Shown: piece by piece, positions 29,831-39,590 of the stretch
Numbering within the stretch: position 1 is the stretch's first letter
How the letters are laid out: the number at the start of each line of letters is the position of its first letter
Assembly: GCA_044221045.1 (NCBI GenBank)
Contig: JBGAPX010000001.1
Coordinates: 56,608 to 120,607 of the forward strand
DNA: 64,000 bases
Direction: 5' to 3'
Origin: Gemmatimonadales bacterium
GTDB taxonomy: Bacteria; Gemmatimonadota; Gemmatimonadetes; Gemmatimonadales; GWC2-71-9
Position numbers and translations under genes: made by a program
Notes under the pieces: model-generated
What the model saw: only the letters and a program-made list of their open reading frames with translations
What the model was told of the DNA's origin: nothing
The model's database searches: none

Positions 29831-29957
29831 GGACGGGGAATATCGGGCCCCGGGCGATCCGGGCGCCACCGCTGGCGCCCAAGTGTGTGTCCCCCTAGAA
29901 TTTCGCCGACCGCACAGCCCCTGTCCGCCCCCGTCCCATCCGGGAGTTCTCCCGCTC

Positions 29958-32222
29958 GTGGCTTCCGTCCTGTCGCGCGCCCTGATCCGCTGGCGCTGGG
30001 CCATCATCGTCGTCTGGGCGGTGATCGGCTACGTCGCGGCGGAGAAGTCCCCCCAGGTCGTGCAGGTGCTCAACGTGCGCGGCGGCACCCGGGAGCCCAC
30101 CGAGGCGGGCGCGGCCGACATCCTGCTCCGGACGCGCTTCGCGCGGCCGCTCAACGACTTCTTCGCCGTCACCCTCGAGGCGCCCGCGCCGGTGGACAGC
30201 GGGCCCGGCGCGCTGCTGCTCGACAGCCTCCTCGCCAAGTTCGGGCGCCAGCCCTGGCTCGGCACCGTCGCGTCGTTCCGGAGCACCGGCGATTCCACGT
30301 TCATCAGCGGGGACGGCCGCACCACCTTCGTGGTGGTGGCGGTGAACGCGGACAAGGGCGACAGCGTGGCGAAGCTGGTGGCACCGGTCCGCGCCCTGGT
30401 GCAGGAGTCGTTCCGGCAGACGGGGGTGGATAGCGCCACGCACCGGGTCCGGGTCACCGGCCGCTCCCCGCTCGACCTCGACGTGCGCACCGTGGTGGCC
30501 GCCGACAGCAAGCGGGGGGAGCTCCGCCTGCTGCCGCTCACGGCGGGGATCCTGCTGCTCGCCTTCGGGGCGCTGGTGGCGGCGGTGCTGCCGCTCATCA
30601 TCGGGTTCCTGGCCATCTGGGTCACCCTCGCGGTGGTGGTGATCCTCGCCGACTACACGCCGATGTCGGTCTTCGTGCTCAACATGACGACCATGCTCGG
30701 CCTCGGCGTGGGCATCGACTACTCCCTGCTCATCGTCACCCGCTTCCGCGAGGAGCTCAACCGCGGGCTGCGGCGCCAGGAGGCGGCCGCCCGCGCGCTC
30801 AGCACCGCCGGCGCCGCGGTGCTCACCTCGGGGATGACGGTGGTGGTGGGCTTCGCGGCGCTGCTGCTCACGCCGCTGGTGGAGACCCAGTCGGTGGGGA
30901 TCGGCGGGCTGGTGGTGGTGGCGGTCGCCGTGGCGCTCTCGACCACGCTGCTCCCGGCGCTGCTGGCGGTGCTGGGCCGGCAGATCGACCGGCCCCGCTG
31001 GCTGGCGCGGCGGCTCACCTGGTACCACGCCCCCGGCGCCTGGGAGAAGTGGGCCCGCAGCCTCTCCCGCAACCCGCTCCGCGCCCTCACCCTCGGCGGG
31101 ACGGTGATCGCGCTGCTCACTGCCCCGGTGTTCTGGATCCGGATCGGGCTGCCGGCCCGCAACTGGTGGCCCACCGCCACGGAGGCCGGCCAGGGGGTGC
31201 AGACCCTCGAGGCCATGGGCGTGGCCAACATCATCCTGCCGGTGCGGATGGTGATCGAGCTGCCCGAGGGCCAGAGCGCGGTCTCCGCGGCCAGCCTGCG
31301 CGGGCTCCGGGCGCTGTCCGATTCGCTCAAGGCCGACGGCCGGGTGGCCCAGGTGCGCAGCCTGGTGGACCTCGAGCCGGGGATGGGCATCCTCGAGTAC
31401 TCGATCCTCTACGGCAACCTCGAGGACGCCCGCGCCCGCTACGGCGGCTTCCTCGACGCCTACCTCTCCACCGACCAGCGGGTGACGCTGATCGACGTGG
31501 TGCTCCGGGACACCACCAGCCTCACCTCGGGGATGGACCTCTCGCGCCACGCGCGGACCCTGGCCCGGACCCCGCCCAAGCAGCTGCGCGGCGCCACGAT
31601 CGTGGTGGGGGGCTACACCGCGGCGAGCCTCGACCTGCAGGACGTGCTGCTGCGCCGCTTCCCGATGCTGGTGGTGCTGATCCTGGGCTGCACCGGGCTC
31701 ATGCTCGCCATCGTGTTCCGCTCCGTGCTGGTGCCGATCAAGGCGGTCATCATGAACACCCTCTCGGTGAGTGCCACCTTCGGCCTCATCGTGCTGGTGT
31801 TCCAGCACGGCATCGGCGCCGGCCTCTTCGGCCTCGACGGCCCCACCTCGGCCATCTTCGTGGTGGTCCCGGTGCTGGTCTTCGCCGTGGTGTTCGGCCT
31901 CAGCATGGACTACGAGGTGTTCCTGCTGGCCCGGGTCAAGGAGGCGTTCGACAAGACCGGCAACAACGAGAAGGCCACCGAGGAGGGGCTCTCGGCCACC
32001 GCCTCGGTGATTACCAGCGCGGCGCTGATCATGATCCTGGTCTTCGGGGTGTTCGCCTTCGCCCGGGTGCTGGCGATGCAGTTCCTGGGCTTCGGGCTGG
32101 CGGTCGCGGTGCTGCTCGACGCCACGATCATCCGGATGGTGCTGGTGCCCGCCATCATGCACCTGGCGGGCGAATGGAACTGGTGGCCGGGCTACCGGCG
32201 CAAGCCCAAGGCCACGACATGA
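29958..32222 (+). CDS. MMPL-family (RND superfamily) membrane transporter
   Basis: GTG start (VASVLSRALIRWRWAIIVVWAVIG) inside ORF 29697..32222; two 6-TM bundles with GVGIDYSLLIVTRFREE and GLSMDYEVFLLARVKE. Confidence 0.85.
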   Translation: MASVLSRALIRWRWAIIVVWAVIGYVAAEKSPQVVQVLNVRGGTREPTEAGAADILLRTRFARPLNDFFAVTLEAPAPVDSGPGALLLDSLLAKFGRQPWLGTVASFRSTGDSTFISGDGRTTFVVVAVNADKGDSVAKLVAPVRALVQESFRQTGVDSATHRVRVTGRSPLDLDVRTVVAADSKRGELRLLPLTAGILLLAFGALVAAVLPLIIGFLAIWVTLAVVVILADYTPMSVFVLNMTTMLGLGVGIDYSLLIVTRFREELNRGLRRQEAAARALSTAGAAVLTSGMTVVVGFAALLLTPLVETQSVGIGGLVVVAVAVALSTTLLPALLAVLGRQIDRPRWLARRLTWYHAPGAWEKWARSLSRNPLRALTLGGTVIALLTAPVFWIRIGLPARNWWPTATEAGQGVQTLEAMGVANIILPVRMVIELPEGQSAVSAASLRGLRALSDSLKADGRVAQVRSLVDLEPGMGILEYSILYGNLEDARARYGGFLDAYLSTDQRVTLIDVVLRDTTSLTSGMDLSRHARTLARTPPKQLRGATIVVGGYTAASLDLQDVLLRRFPMLVVLILGCTGLMLAIVFRSVLVPIKAVIMNTLSVSATFGLIVLVFQHGIGAGLFGLDGPTSAIFVVVPVLVFAVVFGLSMDYEVFLLARVKEAFDKTGNNEKATEEGLSATASVITSAALIMILVFGVFAFARVLAMQFLGFGLAVAVLLDATIIRMVLVPAIMHLAGEWNWWPGYRRKPKATT

Positions 32223-32228
32223 ACTGAA

Positions 32229-32323
32229 GGGAAGCGGGAAGCGCGAAGGACGTGTTGGCCCACCGCGGGCTTCCACGTCCTTCCCTATTCCCGCTTCCCG
32301 TTTCCCTCTTCCCGCTTCCCCCC
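32229..32323. repeat. inverted heptamer arrays forming a long hairpin between convergent genes (bidirectional terminator candidate)
   Basis: GGGAAGCGGGAAGCGCGAAGGACGTG (32229-32254) pairs with CACGTCCTTCCCTATTCCCGCTTCCC (32274-32299), then GTTTCCC TCTTCCC GCTTCCC; 6 nt after MMPL stop, 8 nt before pilin stop. Confidence 0.85.
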
Positions 32324-32331
32324 GATTCAAA

Positions 32332-32718
32332 TCACGAGCAGCTGATCGCCCCGTCGTTCGTCGCCGAGCCGACCGGCACCGCATTCCCCACGACCACGTA
32401 GCACTGCTTGGTGACCTTCGGGTTGGCCACGCTCCCGGACCAGCCGGAGGCGGTGGCCTCGTGGATCGTGATGGTGTTGCCGGCGGTGTAGTTGGGGTTG
32501 AGCGAGTCGGTGGTGGCGCTGTAGAAGCGGTGGTCGAAGTAGAACGCTTCCTGCTCCTCGGTGACGGCCCGCAGGTCGGAGGTCATGCTGGCGATGGTGG
32601 CCTTGTCCTTGGTGTTCTGCAGCCGGGCGAACGCCAGCGTGGCCAGGATGCCGATCACCACCATGACCATCAGCATCTCGATGATGGTGAAACCACGCCG
32701 GGTGGGGTCGTGTCGCAT
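32332..32718 (-). CDS. type IV pilin-like protein (prepilin N-terminal cleavage/methylation domain)
   Basis: 128 aa from MRHDPTRRGFTIIEMLMVMVVIGILA; C-terminal Cys pair (KQC..ISC); GAGGA RBS; 11 nt downstream of polA stop; remainder of ORF 32332..35130 is a polA shadow frame. Confidence 0.85.
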   Translation of the reverse strand: MRHDPTRRGFTIIEMLMVMVVIGILATLAFARLQNTKDKATIASMTSDLRAVTEEQEAFYFDHRFYSATTDSLNPNYTAGNTITIHEATASGWSGSVANPKVTKQCYVVVGNAVPVGSATNDGAISCS

Positions 32719-32729
32719 GCGGGAGTTCC

Positions 32730-35528
32730 TCAGTGTTTGGCCTCGAGCCAGTTGTCCCCCACCCCCACCTCCACCACCAGCGGGACCTTGAGCGCCGCCG
32801 CCCCCTCCATGTGCCGGCGCACCAGCGCCACCGCCTCGTCGACTGCGGCGGTTTCGGCCTCGAGGACCAGTTCGTCGTGCACCTGTAGCAACAACCGGGC
32901 CGGGAGCCGGGATTCGGCCAGGGCGGCGTGGATCCGGACCATGGCCACCTTGATCAGGTCGGCCGCCGACCCCTGGAGCGGGGTGTTCTGGGCGGTCCGC
33001 TCGGCGAAGGCCCGCAGGTTGAAGTTCTTCTCGTTGATCTCCGGGATGTAGCGCCGCCGGCCGAAGAGGGTCTCGACGTACCCATGCTCCCGGGCCAGCC
33101 GGACCTGCAGGTCGAGGTAGGCCCGCACCCCGGCGAAGCGCTCGAAATACTGCTGGATGAAGGTCCGGGCCTCCTCCTGCGTGATCCCCAGCTGCCGGGA
33201 GAGGGCGAACGGGCCCTGGCCGTAGATCGTGCCGAAGTTGATGGTCTTGGCCCGCGACCGCATCTCGCTGGTCACCTGGGCCAGTGGCACCCCGAAGATC
33301 ACCGCCGCGGTCTGGCGGTGGATGTCGCCGCCGGAGCGGAACGCCTCGATGAAGGCCGGGTCCTCGGAGAGGTGGGCCATGAGCCGCAGCTCGATCTGCG
33401 AGTAGTCCGCCACCACGAAGCGGCACCCCGGCTTGGGCACGAAGCCCTTGCGGATCTCCTCGCCCCGCGGGGAGCGCACCGGGATGTTCTGCAGGTTCGG
33501 ATCGGACGAGGAGAGCCGGCCGGTGGCGGCGCCGGTCTGGTTGAAGCTGGTGTGGATCCGGCCGGTGGAGCGGTTCACGCGGGTGGGGAGCACGTCCACG
33601 TACGTGCTCTTGAGCTTCTGCACCTCGCGGTACTCCAGGATCAGCCCCGGCACCTCGTGCCCCAGGGCCGAGAGCTGCTCCAGCACGTCGGCGTCGGTGG
33701 AGGGGCCGGTCTTGGTCTTCTTGAGCACCGGCAGCTGCAGCTTCTCGAACAGGAGCGCGGCGAGCTGCTTCGGGGAGTTGAGGTTGACGGTGGCCCCGGC
33801 GGCCTGGGCGATCTTCGCCTCGAGCGCCACCAGGTCGGTGGTAAGCTCCACGGACACCCGGCTGAACAGCACGGGGTCGATCGCGATGCCGTCCCACTCC
33901 ATGTCCACCAGCACCGGCACCAGCGGCATCTCGAGGTCGCGCAGCAGCGGCTCGAGCCCCATCTCCCGCAGCGACGGCGCGAAGAACTGGTGCAGCGCCA
34001 GCACGGTTGCGCTGTCGGCGCCGCAGTACGCGGCCGCCTCCGCCACCGGGACCTCGGCGAAGGGGATCTGCGCCTTGCCCTTGCCGGTGAGGTCGGTGTA
34101 GCTCCGCATGCCGCGGCCCAGGTGCTCCAGGCTCAGGGTGTCGATGGCGTGCGAGCGGCGGCCCGGGTCGAGCACGAAGCTGGCGAGCATGGAGTCGTAG
34201 GCCGCGCCCGCCAGCTCCACCCCGGCCCGGCGCAGCACCTGCCAGTCGTACTTGAGGTTGTGGCCCGCCTTGGGCACCGCCGGGTCGCGCAGCAGCGCCA
34301 CCAGCCCCGCGCACGCGGGGTCGGTGAGCGGCGGCAGGTTGCGCACCGGGTCGGGGGCCGCCAGTTCCCCCGCCGGGGGCCGGTGCCCGAAGGGCAGGTA
34401 CCAGACCTCGTCCGGCGCCGCCGCCAGCGACAGCCCGATGAGCTCGGCGTCGTGCGGCTCGAGCGAGCTGGTCTCGGTGTCGAGCGCCACCAGCGGCGCC
34501 CGCCGCAGCCGCTCGAGCAGCGCGGGCAGCCCCGCGGGGTCGTCGAGCACCGGCACCGCCATCCCCGCCGCGTCCTCCCGGCCCGCGGCGGGGGCCGCCG
34601 CCGCTGCCGCCGGCGCGGCCGCGGCCTCGGCGGCGCCCTCCAGCCGCTTGGCCAGGGTGTAGAACTCGAGCTCGCTCACCACCCGCAGCAGCTCCGCCCG
34701 GTCCGGCTCCTGCTCGGCCAGCGCCGCCGGGTCGAGCGTCACCGGCACGTCGCGCTTGATGGTCACCAGCTCCCGCGACAGCCGCGCGTCGGCGGCGTGC
34801 TGCTCCAGCGCCTCGCGGGAGCGCTTGCCCTTCACCTCGCCGGTGCGGCCCAGCATCGCCTCCAGGCTCCCGAACTGCGTGAGCAGCTCCACCGCGCCCT
34901 TGCTGCCGATGCCCTTCACCCCGGGCACGTTGTCGGAGGCGTCGCCCACCAGCGCCAGGTAGTCCACCACCTGCCCCGGCGGCACGCCGAGGCGGTCGGC
35001 GGCGTTGGACTCGTCCACCCAGAGCTCGTCCACCGCGCCGGGACCGCCCCGGCCCGGGTTGAGCAGCGCCACCCGCGGGCCGATCAGCTGGTAGAAGTCC
35101 TTGTCGCCCGAGACCACCACCACCTGCCACCCCTGGTCCACCCCCAGCCGCGCCATGGTGCCGATGACGTCGTCCGCCTCGTACCCCTGGACCGCCACCA
35201 CCGGCACCCGGAAGGCATGCAGCAGCTGCTCGATCCGCACCACCGAGCGGTCGAACTCGGCCTGCAGCTCGTCGTCGAGCTTCTCGCGGGTGGACTTGTA
35301 TTCGGGGTAGAGCGCGGTGCGGAAGGAGTCACCCGCGTCGTGCACCCAGGCCAGGTACTCCGGCCGGTACTTCTCCCGCAGCCGCAGCAGGAAGTTCACC
35401 ACCCCCCACGCGGCGGAGGTGTTCTCACCCCGGGTGGTGCGGAGCGGGCGGGTGATGAGGGCGAAGAAGGCCCGGTAGATCAGGGCATAACCGTCGATGA
35501 GGAACAGCTGGGGGGGCGAATGCGGCAT
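32730..35528 (-). CDS. polA: DNA polymerase I
   Basis: 932 aa; 5'-nuclease LFLIDGYALIYRAFFA, 3'-5' exo ALDTETSSLEP, polymerase DYSQIELRLMAHLS and QVHDELVLEA. Confidence 0.97.
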   Translation of the reverse strand: MPHSPPQLFLIDGYALIYRAFFALITRPLRTTRGENTSAAWGVVNFLLRLREKYRPEYLAWVHDAGDSFRTALYPEYKSTREKLDDELQAEFDRSVVRIEQLLHAFRVPVVAVQGYEADDVIGTMARLGVDQGWQVVVVSGDKDFYQLIGPRVALLNPGRGGPGAVDELWVDESNAADRLGVPPGQVVDYLALVGDASDNVPGVKGIGSKGAVELLTQFGSLEAMLGRTGEVKGKRSREALEQHAADARLSRELVTIKRDVPVTLDPAALAEQEPDRAELLRVVSELEFYTLAKRLEGAAEAAAAPAAAAAAPAAGREDAAGMAVPVLDDPAGLPALLERLRRAPLVALDTETSSLEPHDAELIGLSLAAAPDEVWYLPFGHRPPAGELAAPDPVRNLPPLTDPACAGLVALLRDPAVPKAGHNLKYDWQVLRRAGVELAGAAYDSMLASFVLDPGRRSHAIDTLSLEHLGRGMRSYTDLTGKGKAQIPFAEVPVAEAAAYCGADSATVLALHQFFAPSLREMGLEPLLRDLEMPLVPVLVDMEWDGIAIDPVLFSRVSVELTTDLVALEAKIAQAAGATVNLNSPKQLAALLFEKLQLPVLKKTKTGPSTDADVLEQLSALGHEVPGLILEYREVQKLKSTYVDVLPTRVNRSTGRIHTSFNQTGAATGRLSSSDPNLQNIPVRSPRGEEIRKGFVPKPGCRFVVADYSQIELRLMAHLSEDPAFIEAFRSGGDIHRQTAAVIFGVPLAQVTSEMRSRAKTINFGTIYGQGPFALSRQLGITQEEARTFIQQYFERFAGVRAYLDLQVRLAREHGYVETLFGRRRYIPEINEKNFNLRAFAERTAQNTPLQGSAADLIKVAMVRIHAALAESRLPARLLLQVHDELVLEAETAAVDEAVALVRRHMEGAAALKVPLVVEVGVGDNWLEAKH

Positions 35529-35580
35529 GGGGGGAATGTGCCGCGCCGACGCCGGAGGGGGTAGGGCGGGGGGGAGACGA

Positions 35581-35631
35581 CGGGAAACGGGAAACGGGAA
35601 GCGGGAAGCGGAACGACGGGGCCTGCGCCCC
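35581..35631. repeat. heptamer array (CGGGAAA x2, CGGGAAG x2, CGGAACG) plus GGGGC-CTGC-GCCCC hairpin
   Basis: Read directly; between GWxTD gene stop (35671) and polA start (35528); preceded by G-rich GGAGGGGGTAGGGCGGGGGGGAG. Confidence 0.85.
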
Positions 35632-35670
35632 TGGTCTAACGCCGTCCGATCCCGCGTCCCGCGGTCGGCC

Positions 35671-37023
35671 TCAGTCCGCCTGGCGCGACAGCCGGGCCAT
35701 CACCCGTTCCAGTTCCGCGCGGGAACCGGGGGTCAGCCGGTAGCGGCTGAAGCCGGTCTCGTCCACGAAGTAGAGCACCAGCTGGTACCCGGTGTAGCCC
35801 CAGCGGATCAGGCGCCCCTCGCTGGCGGGACTGGCGTCGAAGATCTCGTCCGGCTCGCCGAGGCGGATGTAGACCTCGCCCCGGTCGGTGCGCCAGCCGG
35901 CGACGCCCTCGTCGCGGAAGCGCTGGTTGGCGCGCGCCAGCCGGGCGAAGTACTGGTCGAGCGCCTCGTTGGCGGGCGTGGCGGTGTTGGGGTCGGAGGC
36001 GTGATAGAACCGCTTCCAGGCCTCACCCCGCTCGGCGGCGGGGGCCTTGCGCAGCGAGTCGAGTCCCGGCGAGGGCGTGAAGTAGCGCAGCAGCGCCACC
36101 AGGTCGTCGAAGTTGGTGACCACCCATCCCTGCGAGAACGACACCACGGCGATGGTGCTGTCCTGGACCTGGCCGCTCCCCACCACGATGTGCAGCTCGC
36201 CGAGCGGGGCGGAGTCAGGGGTGAAGCGGATGAGCGCGCTCTCCACCGCCTGGCCGCCGGCGAAGCGCAGCGAGTCGATGCGGATCACGCTGTCGCGCAT
36301 GTCGCGGAGCACCACGGGCACGGTGGTGGGTCCGGTGAGGCCGTACGCCTCGACGTAGGCCGCGGCGGTGTCCCCGCCGTACGCCACGGTGCCGCGCGGG
36401 TTGAGGATGATGGCCAGCGGCGCGGCGCGGGTGGTGCGCCCGCTGCTCTGGTACACCAGCCGCGGCGCGGAGACGGTGCCCGCCGCGAACGCCGGCGCCT
36501 GGTACACCCCCTCGGCCCGGCCGGTGCGGGCGCCGAGCTGGTCGATCACCTGCAGCACCAGCCGGTAGTTGCCCGGGGCGAGCGTGAGACCATCCTGGTA
36601 CAGCACGCTCTCGTCATTGCGCTGGGTCTCGGCGAACGTCCCCACCCGGACCGTCTGGTCCTTGGCCGCCACGATCGTGGCCCCGCCACCCACCGGGGTG
36701 GCGGAGAACTCCACCCGGTACCGGGCGGCGAAGGCATCGCCGTCCTTCTGGAAGGCCAGGTTGCGGCTCTCGAGCGACAGGCCCATCAGCGCCACGGTGG
36801 AGTCGCCGGGACCGCCGAAGAAGCCCACCTCGGCCACGAAGGGGAGCGGCGGGCCGGCCGTGAGCCGCCCCAGCCGCCGGTACACCGAGGTGAGGTCCAG
36901 CATCTGGGTCAGGGTCTGGCCCTGGTTGGGCTGCGGCTGGCTCCCCACCCGGCCCCACGAACCACAGCCGGTGAGCGCGAGGGCGGCGAGGACGGCGACG
37001 GCGGCAGTGGGTCGGGGCATCAT
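35671..37023 (-). CDS. GWxTD domain-containing lipoprotein
   Basis: 450 aa; lipobox LALTGC; C-terminal GWRTDRGEVYIRLGEPDEIFD. Confidence 0.8.
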   Translation of the reverse strand: MMPRPTAAVAVLAALALTGCGSWGRVGSQPQPNQGQTLTQMLDLTSVYRRLGRLTAGPPLPFVAEVGFFGGPGDSTVALMGLSLESRNLAFQKDGDAFAARYRVEFSATPVGGGATIVAAKDQTVRVGTFAETQRNDESVLYQDGLTLAPGNYRLVLQVIDQLGARTGRAEGVYQAPAFAAGTVSAPRLVYQSSGRTTRAAPLAIILNPRGTVAYGGDTAAAYVEAYGLTGPTTVPVVLRDMRDSVIRIDSLRFAGGQAVESALIRFTPDSAPLGELHIVVGSGQVQDSTIAVVSFSQGWVVTNFDDLVALLRYFTPSPGLDSLRKAPAAERGEAWKRFYHASDPNTATPANEALDQYFARLARANQRFRDEGVAGWRTDRGEVYIRLGEPDEIFDASPASEGRLIRWGYTGYQLVLYFVDETGFSRYRLTPGSRAELERVMARLSRQAD

Positions 37024-37108
37024 GACCTAGCTTAGTGATCGTGGTGGAAGAGCGTCAAGCAACGGCTGCTTGCTCCCCCATTGGAGCGGGACTAGCTTGG
37101 AGCATCCC

Positions 37109-37996
37109 ATGAGTCAGGACAGCCTCATCGGCCGGACGATCGCGGGGTACCGCCTCCTCGCCCACGTGGGCGAGGGCGGAACCGCCACCGTCTACAAGGC
37201 CGAACACCCCGAGACCGGTATCGCCGCCGTGAAGGTCCTGCGCACCCGCCTGGCGCAGGATCCGGTGGCCATCAAGCGCTTCCTGCGGGAGGCGGAATTC
37301 GGCACCCGCGTCAGCCACCCGAACATCGTCAAGACCTACGCCTACGGCCAGACCGAGGACCTGTATTACCTCGCCATGGAGTGGGTCGAGGGCGAGGCGC
37401 TGGAGAAGTTCGCGATCCGCTCCGGGCAACTGGCGCCCGCGCTGGTGAGCCACATCATCGAGCAGATCGGCGGGGCGCTCACCGCCGCGCACTCCCAGGG
37501 CATCATCCACCGGGACCTCAAGCCCGCCAACATCCAGTACAACCCCGAAACCCAGCGCGCGGTCCTGCTCGACTTCGGCATCGCCCGCGACGCCGACCTC
37601 AAGCCCGAGGAGCGGCTCACCCGCACCGGGTTCTTCGTGGGGACCCTGCAGTACGTGGCCCCCGAGGCGCTCTCCGGCGAGCTGGTCAGCGAGCAGGCCG
37701 ACGTCTACAGCCTCGCCACGATCGCCTACTACCTCCTCACCAGCGCGCTGCCCTACAACGGCCGCTCCCCCCGGGAGCTGTTCCAGCAGCTGCTCACCCA
37801 GCCGCCCACGCCGCTCAACCAGGCGGTGAAGGGACTCAAGTTCCCGGTGGCCGTGGAAGAGGCCATCATGGCCGGCCTGGAACGGGACCTGAGCAAGCGC
37901 AGCAAGACGGTTGACGAGTTCACCGCCCGACTTTGCACCGCGCTGCGTCAGGGCGGCGAACGCAAGAGCTTTCTCAAGAGCCTCTTCGGCAAATGA
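37109..37996 (+). CDS. Ser/Thr protein kinase (kinase domain only)
   Basis: Start at MSQDSLIGRTIAGYRLL inside ORF 37070..37996; GEGGTATVYKA, HRDLKPANI, DFGIARD, GTLQYVAPE. Confidence 0.85.
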   Translation: MSQDSLIGRTIAGYRLLAHVGEGGTATVYKAEHPETGIAAVKVLRTRLAQDPVAIKRFLREAEFGTRVSHPNIVKTYAYGQTEDLYYLAMEWVEGEALEKFAIRSGQLAPALVSHIIEQIGGALTAAHSQGIIHRDLKPANIQYNPETQRAVLLDFGIARDADLKPEERLTRTGFFVGTLQYVAPEALSGELVSEQADVYSLATIAYYLLTSALPYNGRSPRELFQQLLTQPPTPLNQAVKGLKFPVAVEEAIMAGLERDLSKRSKTVDEFTARLCTALRQGGERKSFLKSLFGK

Positions 37997-38547
37997 CCAC
38001 CGCGGATGCCGCCGCGCTCGACCGACTGCTGCTGGCGCGGTCCGTCAAGCGGGGCCACTTCGTGCTCGCCTCCGGCCGCACCTCCACGTTCTACATCGAT
38101 TGCCGGCTCACCACCATGGCCGCCGAGGGGCTGGTGCTCATCGGCCAGCTGGGGCTCGCCGCCCTGCGCGAGGCCGGCTGGGCGCCCCGCAGCATCGGCG
38201 GGCTCACCATGGGCGCCGACCCGGTGGCCTACGCCATCGCCGCCGCCAGCGTGGGCCGCCCCCCGATCGTCGATGCCTTCAGCGTCCGCAAGGAGGCCAA
38301 GGCCCACGGCACCGGCCGCCGGGTGGAGGGGAACTTCACCGCCGGCGACGCCGTGGTCGTGGTCGAGGACGTGATCACCACCGGCGGCTCCGCCCTCAAG
38401 GCCATCGAGTCCATCCGCGAGGAGGGCGGCACCGTGCTGGGGGTGCTGGCCGTGGTCGACCGCGAGGAAGGCGGACGGGCCACCCTGGAAGCGGCTGGCC
38501 ACAAGGTAGTTGCGTTGACGACTTCCACGAGACTCGGCCTCAAGTAG
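37993..38547 (+). CDS. pyrE: orotate phosphoribosyltransferase
   Basis: Start MTTADAAALDRLLL.. overlaps kinase stop (ATGA); PRPP motif VVVVEDVITTGGS. Confidence 0.9.
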   Translation: MTTADAAALDRLLLARSVKRGHFVLASGRTSTFYIDCRLTTMAAEGLVLIGQLGLAALREAGWAPRSIGGLTMGADPVAYAIAAASVGRPPIVDAFSVRKEAKAHGTGRRVEGNFTAGDAVVVVEDVITTGGSALKAIESIREEGGTVLGVLAVVDREEGGRATLEAAGHKVVALTTSTRLGLK

Positions 38548-38562
38548 GCGCCGGTCCCCGGT

Positions 38563-39444
38563 TCAGCGCTTCGCGCCCCGGGCCAGGGGCCGGAAGCGCT
38601 GCCACACCTCCCGGTAGGGCTCCACCATCAGCACCAGGAACCGGTCGAGCGCCGCGTCGAAGGGAAAACGCCGGCGCAGCTCCGACGTGGTGATCCCCAT
38701 CAAGCCCCGCACATGCCGGCCGAGACTCTGGGGAGACGAGTAGTCGAGCCGGTACGCCACGTCGGCGACGGTGTAACCCTGCCGCTCGAAGAGCAGCGTG
38801 GCATGCACCAGCCGCATCGCGGCCAGGTAGCTCTTGGGGGACGGCAGGCCGGCCCGCCCGAACCTGGACATGAGCGTGGTCGCGGGAATGCCGAGCTGGG
38901 CGGCGAACTGGAGCGCGGTGGGCACCTCGGGGGCCAGGCGGATGAGGGCCTCGAAGAAGAGCCGGGTGTCGGGCGGGGCGTCATCGCCCAGGGCGGCGAG
39001 GACCGGGCCCTGGATGCGGGCGGCGTCGCGGGTGGCGGGCTGGCCGAGGAGGCTGCGCAGCCGGTGCCACCCCTCGGGGCCGGTGACGTCGATGACCTGC
39101 CGCACGCCGCTCGCGCCGAGGTGGAGCAGGACCTCCGAGCCGCGCGGGTCGTGGCTGCTCACCAGGGCGACGGTGGGGATGCCGGGGAAGCCGCGCACCA
39201 GGTGGCCCAGGGAGTCGAACTGCTGCTCCGGGCACTGGTGCACCGAGACCAGGACGGCGTCCACCGGGCGCTCCCGGACGGTGCGGATGGCCTCGGGGAT
39301 GGACTCGCGGTGGACGAGCGAAAACCAGCCGGTGCCCGCGGCATCGAGCCGCTGCCGCTCCTCGGGCCGGAGCACGGTGGCGACGATGGGGGCGGCGGGA
39401 CGCGGCGGCATGGGGGCATCCAGGTGGAGGATGGCCGCCAGCAT
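38563..39444 (-). CDS. AraC-family transcriptional regulator with N-terminal receiver-like domain
   Basis: 293 aa; C-terminal AraC HTH (LQFAAQLGIPATTLMSRF..VADVAYRLDYSSPQSLGRHVRGLMGITTSELRR). Confidence 0.7.
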   Translation of the reverse strand: MLAAILHLDAPMPPRPAAPIVATVLRPEERQRLDAAGTGWFSLVHRESIPEAIRTVRERPVDAVLVSVHQCPEQQFDSLGHLVRGFPGIPTVALVSSHDPRGSEVLLHLGASGVRQVIDVTGPEGWHRLRSLLGQPATRDAARIQGPVLAALGDDAPPDTRLFFEALIRLAPEVPTALQFAAQLGIPATTLMSRFGRAGLPSPKSYLAAMRLVHATLLFERQGYTVADVAYRLDYSSPQSLGRHVRGLMGITTSELRRRFPFDAALDRFLVLMVEPYREVWQRFRPLARGAKR

Positions 39445-39590
39445 AGGGTGGAGTGCTCAACCTTCGTTCAATCACGGGGTGGCGCAGGCTGCAACCTTGG
39501 CGGGGCCCGGCGCGTCAGGGCTCAAGGGGGGTCCCGTCCACCAGGGGGCCCCGGTAGGCGTCTCCCGTCTCTCGACCTAAGTTCAGGACC

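Noticed and set aside
29895-32384. 829-aa antisense ORF over the MMPL gene, and similar ORFs at 32928..35564, 40344..42506, 58475..61042 and 1385..2635
   Set aside because: These are GC-driven open frames opposite or offset to genes with clear family motifs. Their composition is dominated by R/G/P/A/H.
32332-35130. 932-aa ORF, the same length as polA but in another frame
   Set aside because: Only the last 128 codons (the pilin) are real. The rest is an out-of-frame read of polA with Arg/Gly/Pro-rich composition.
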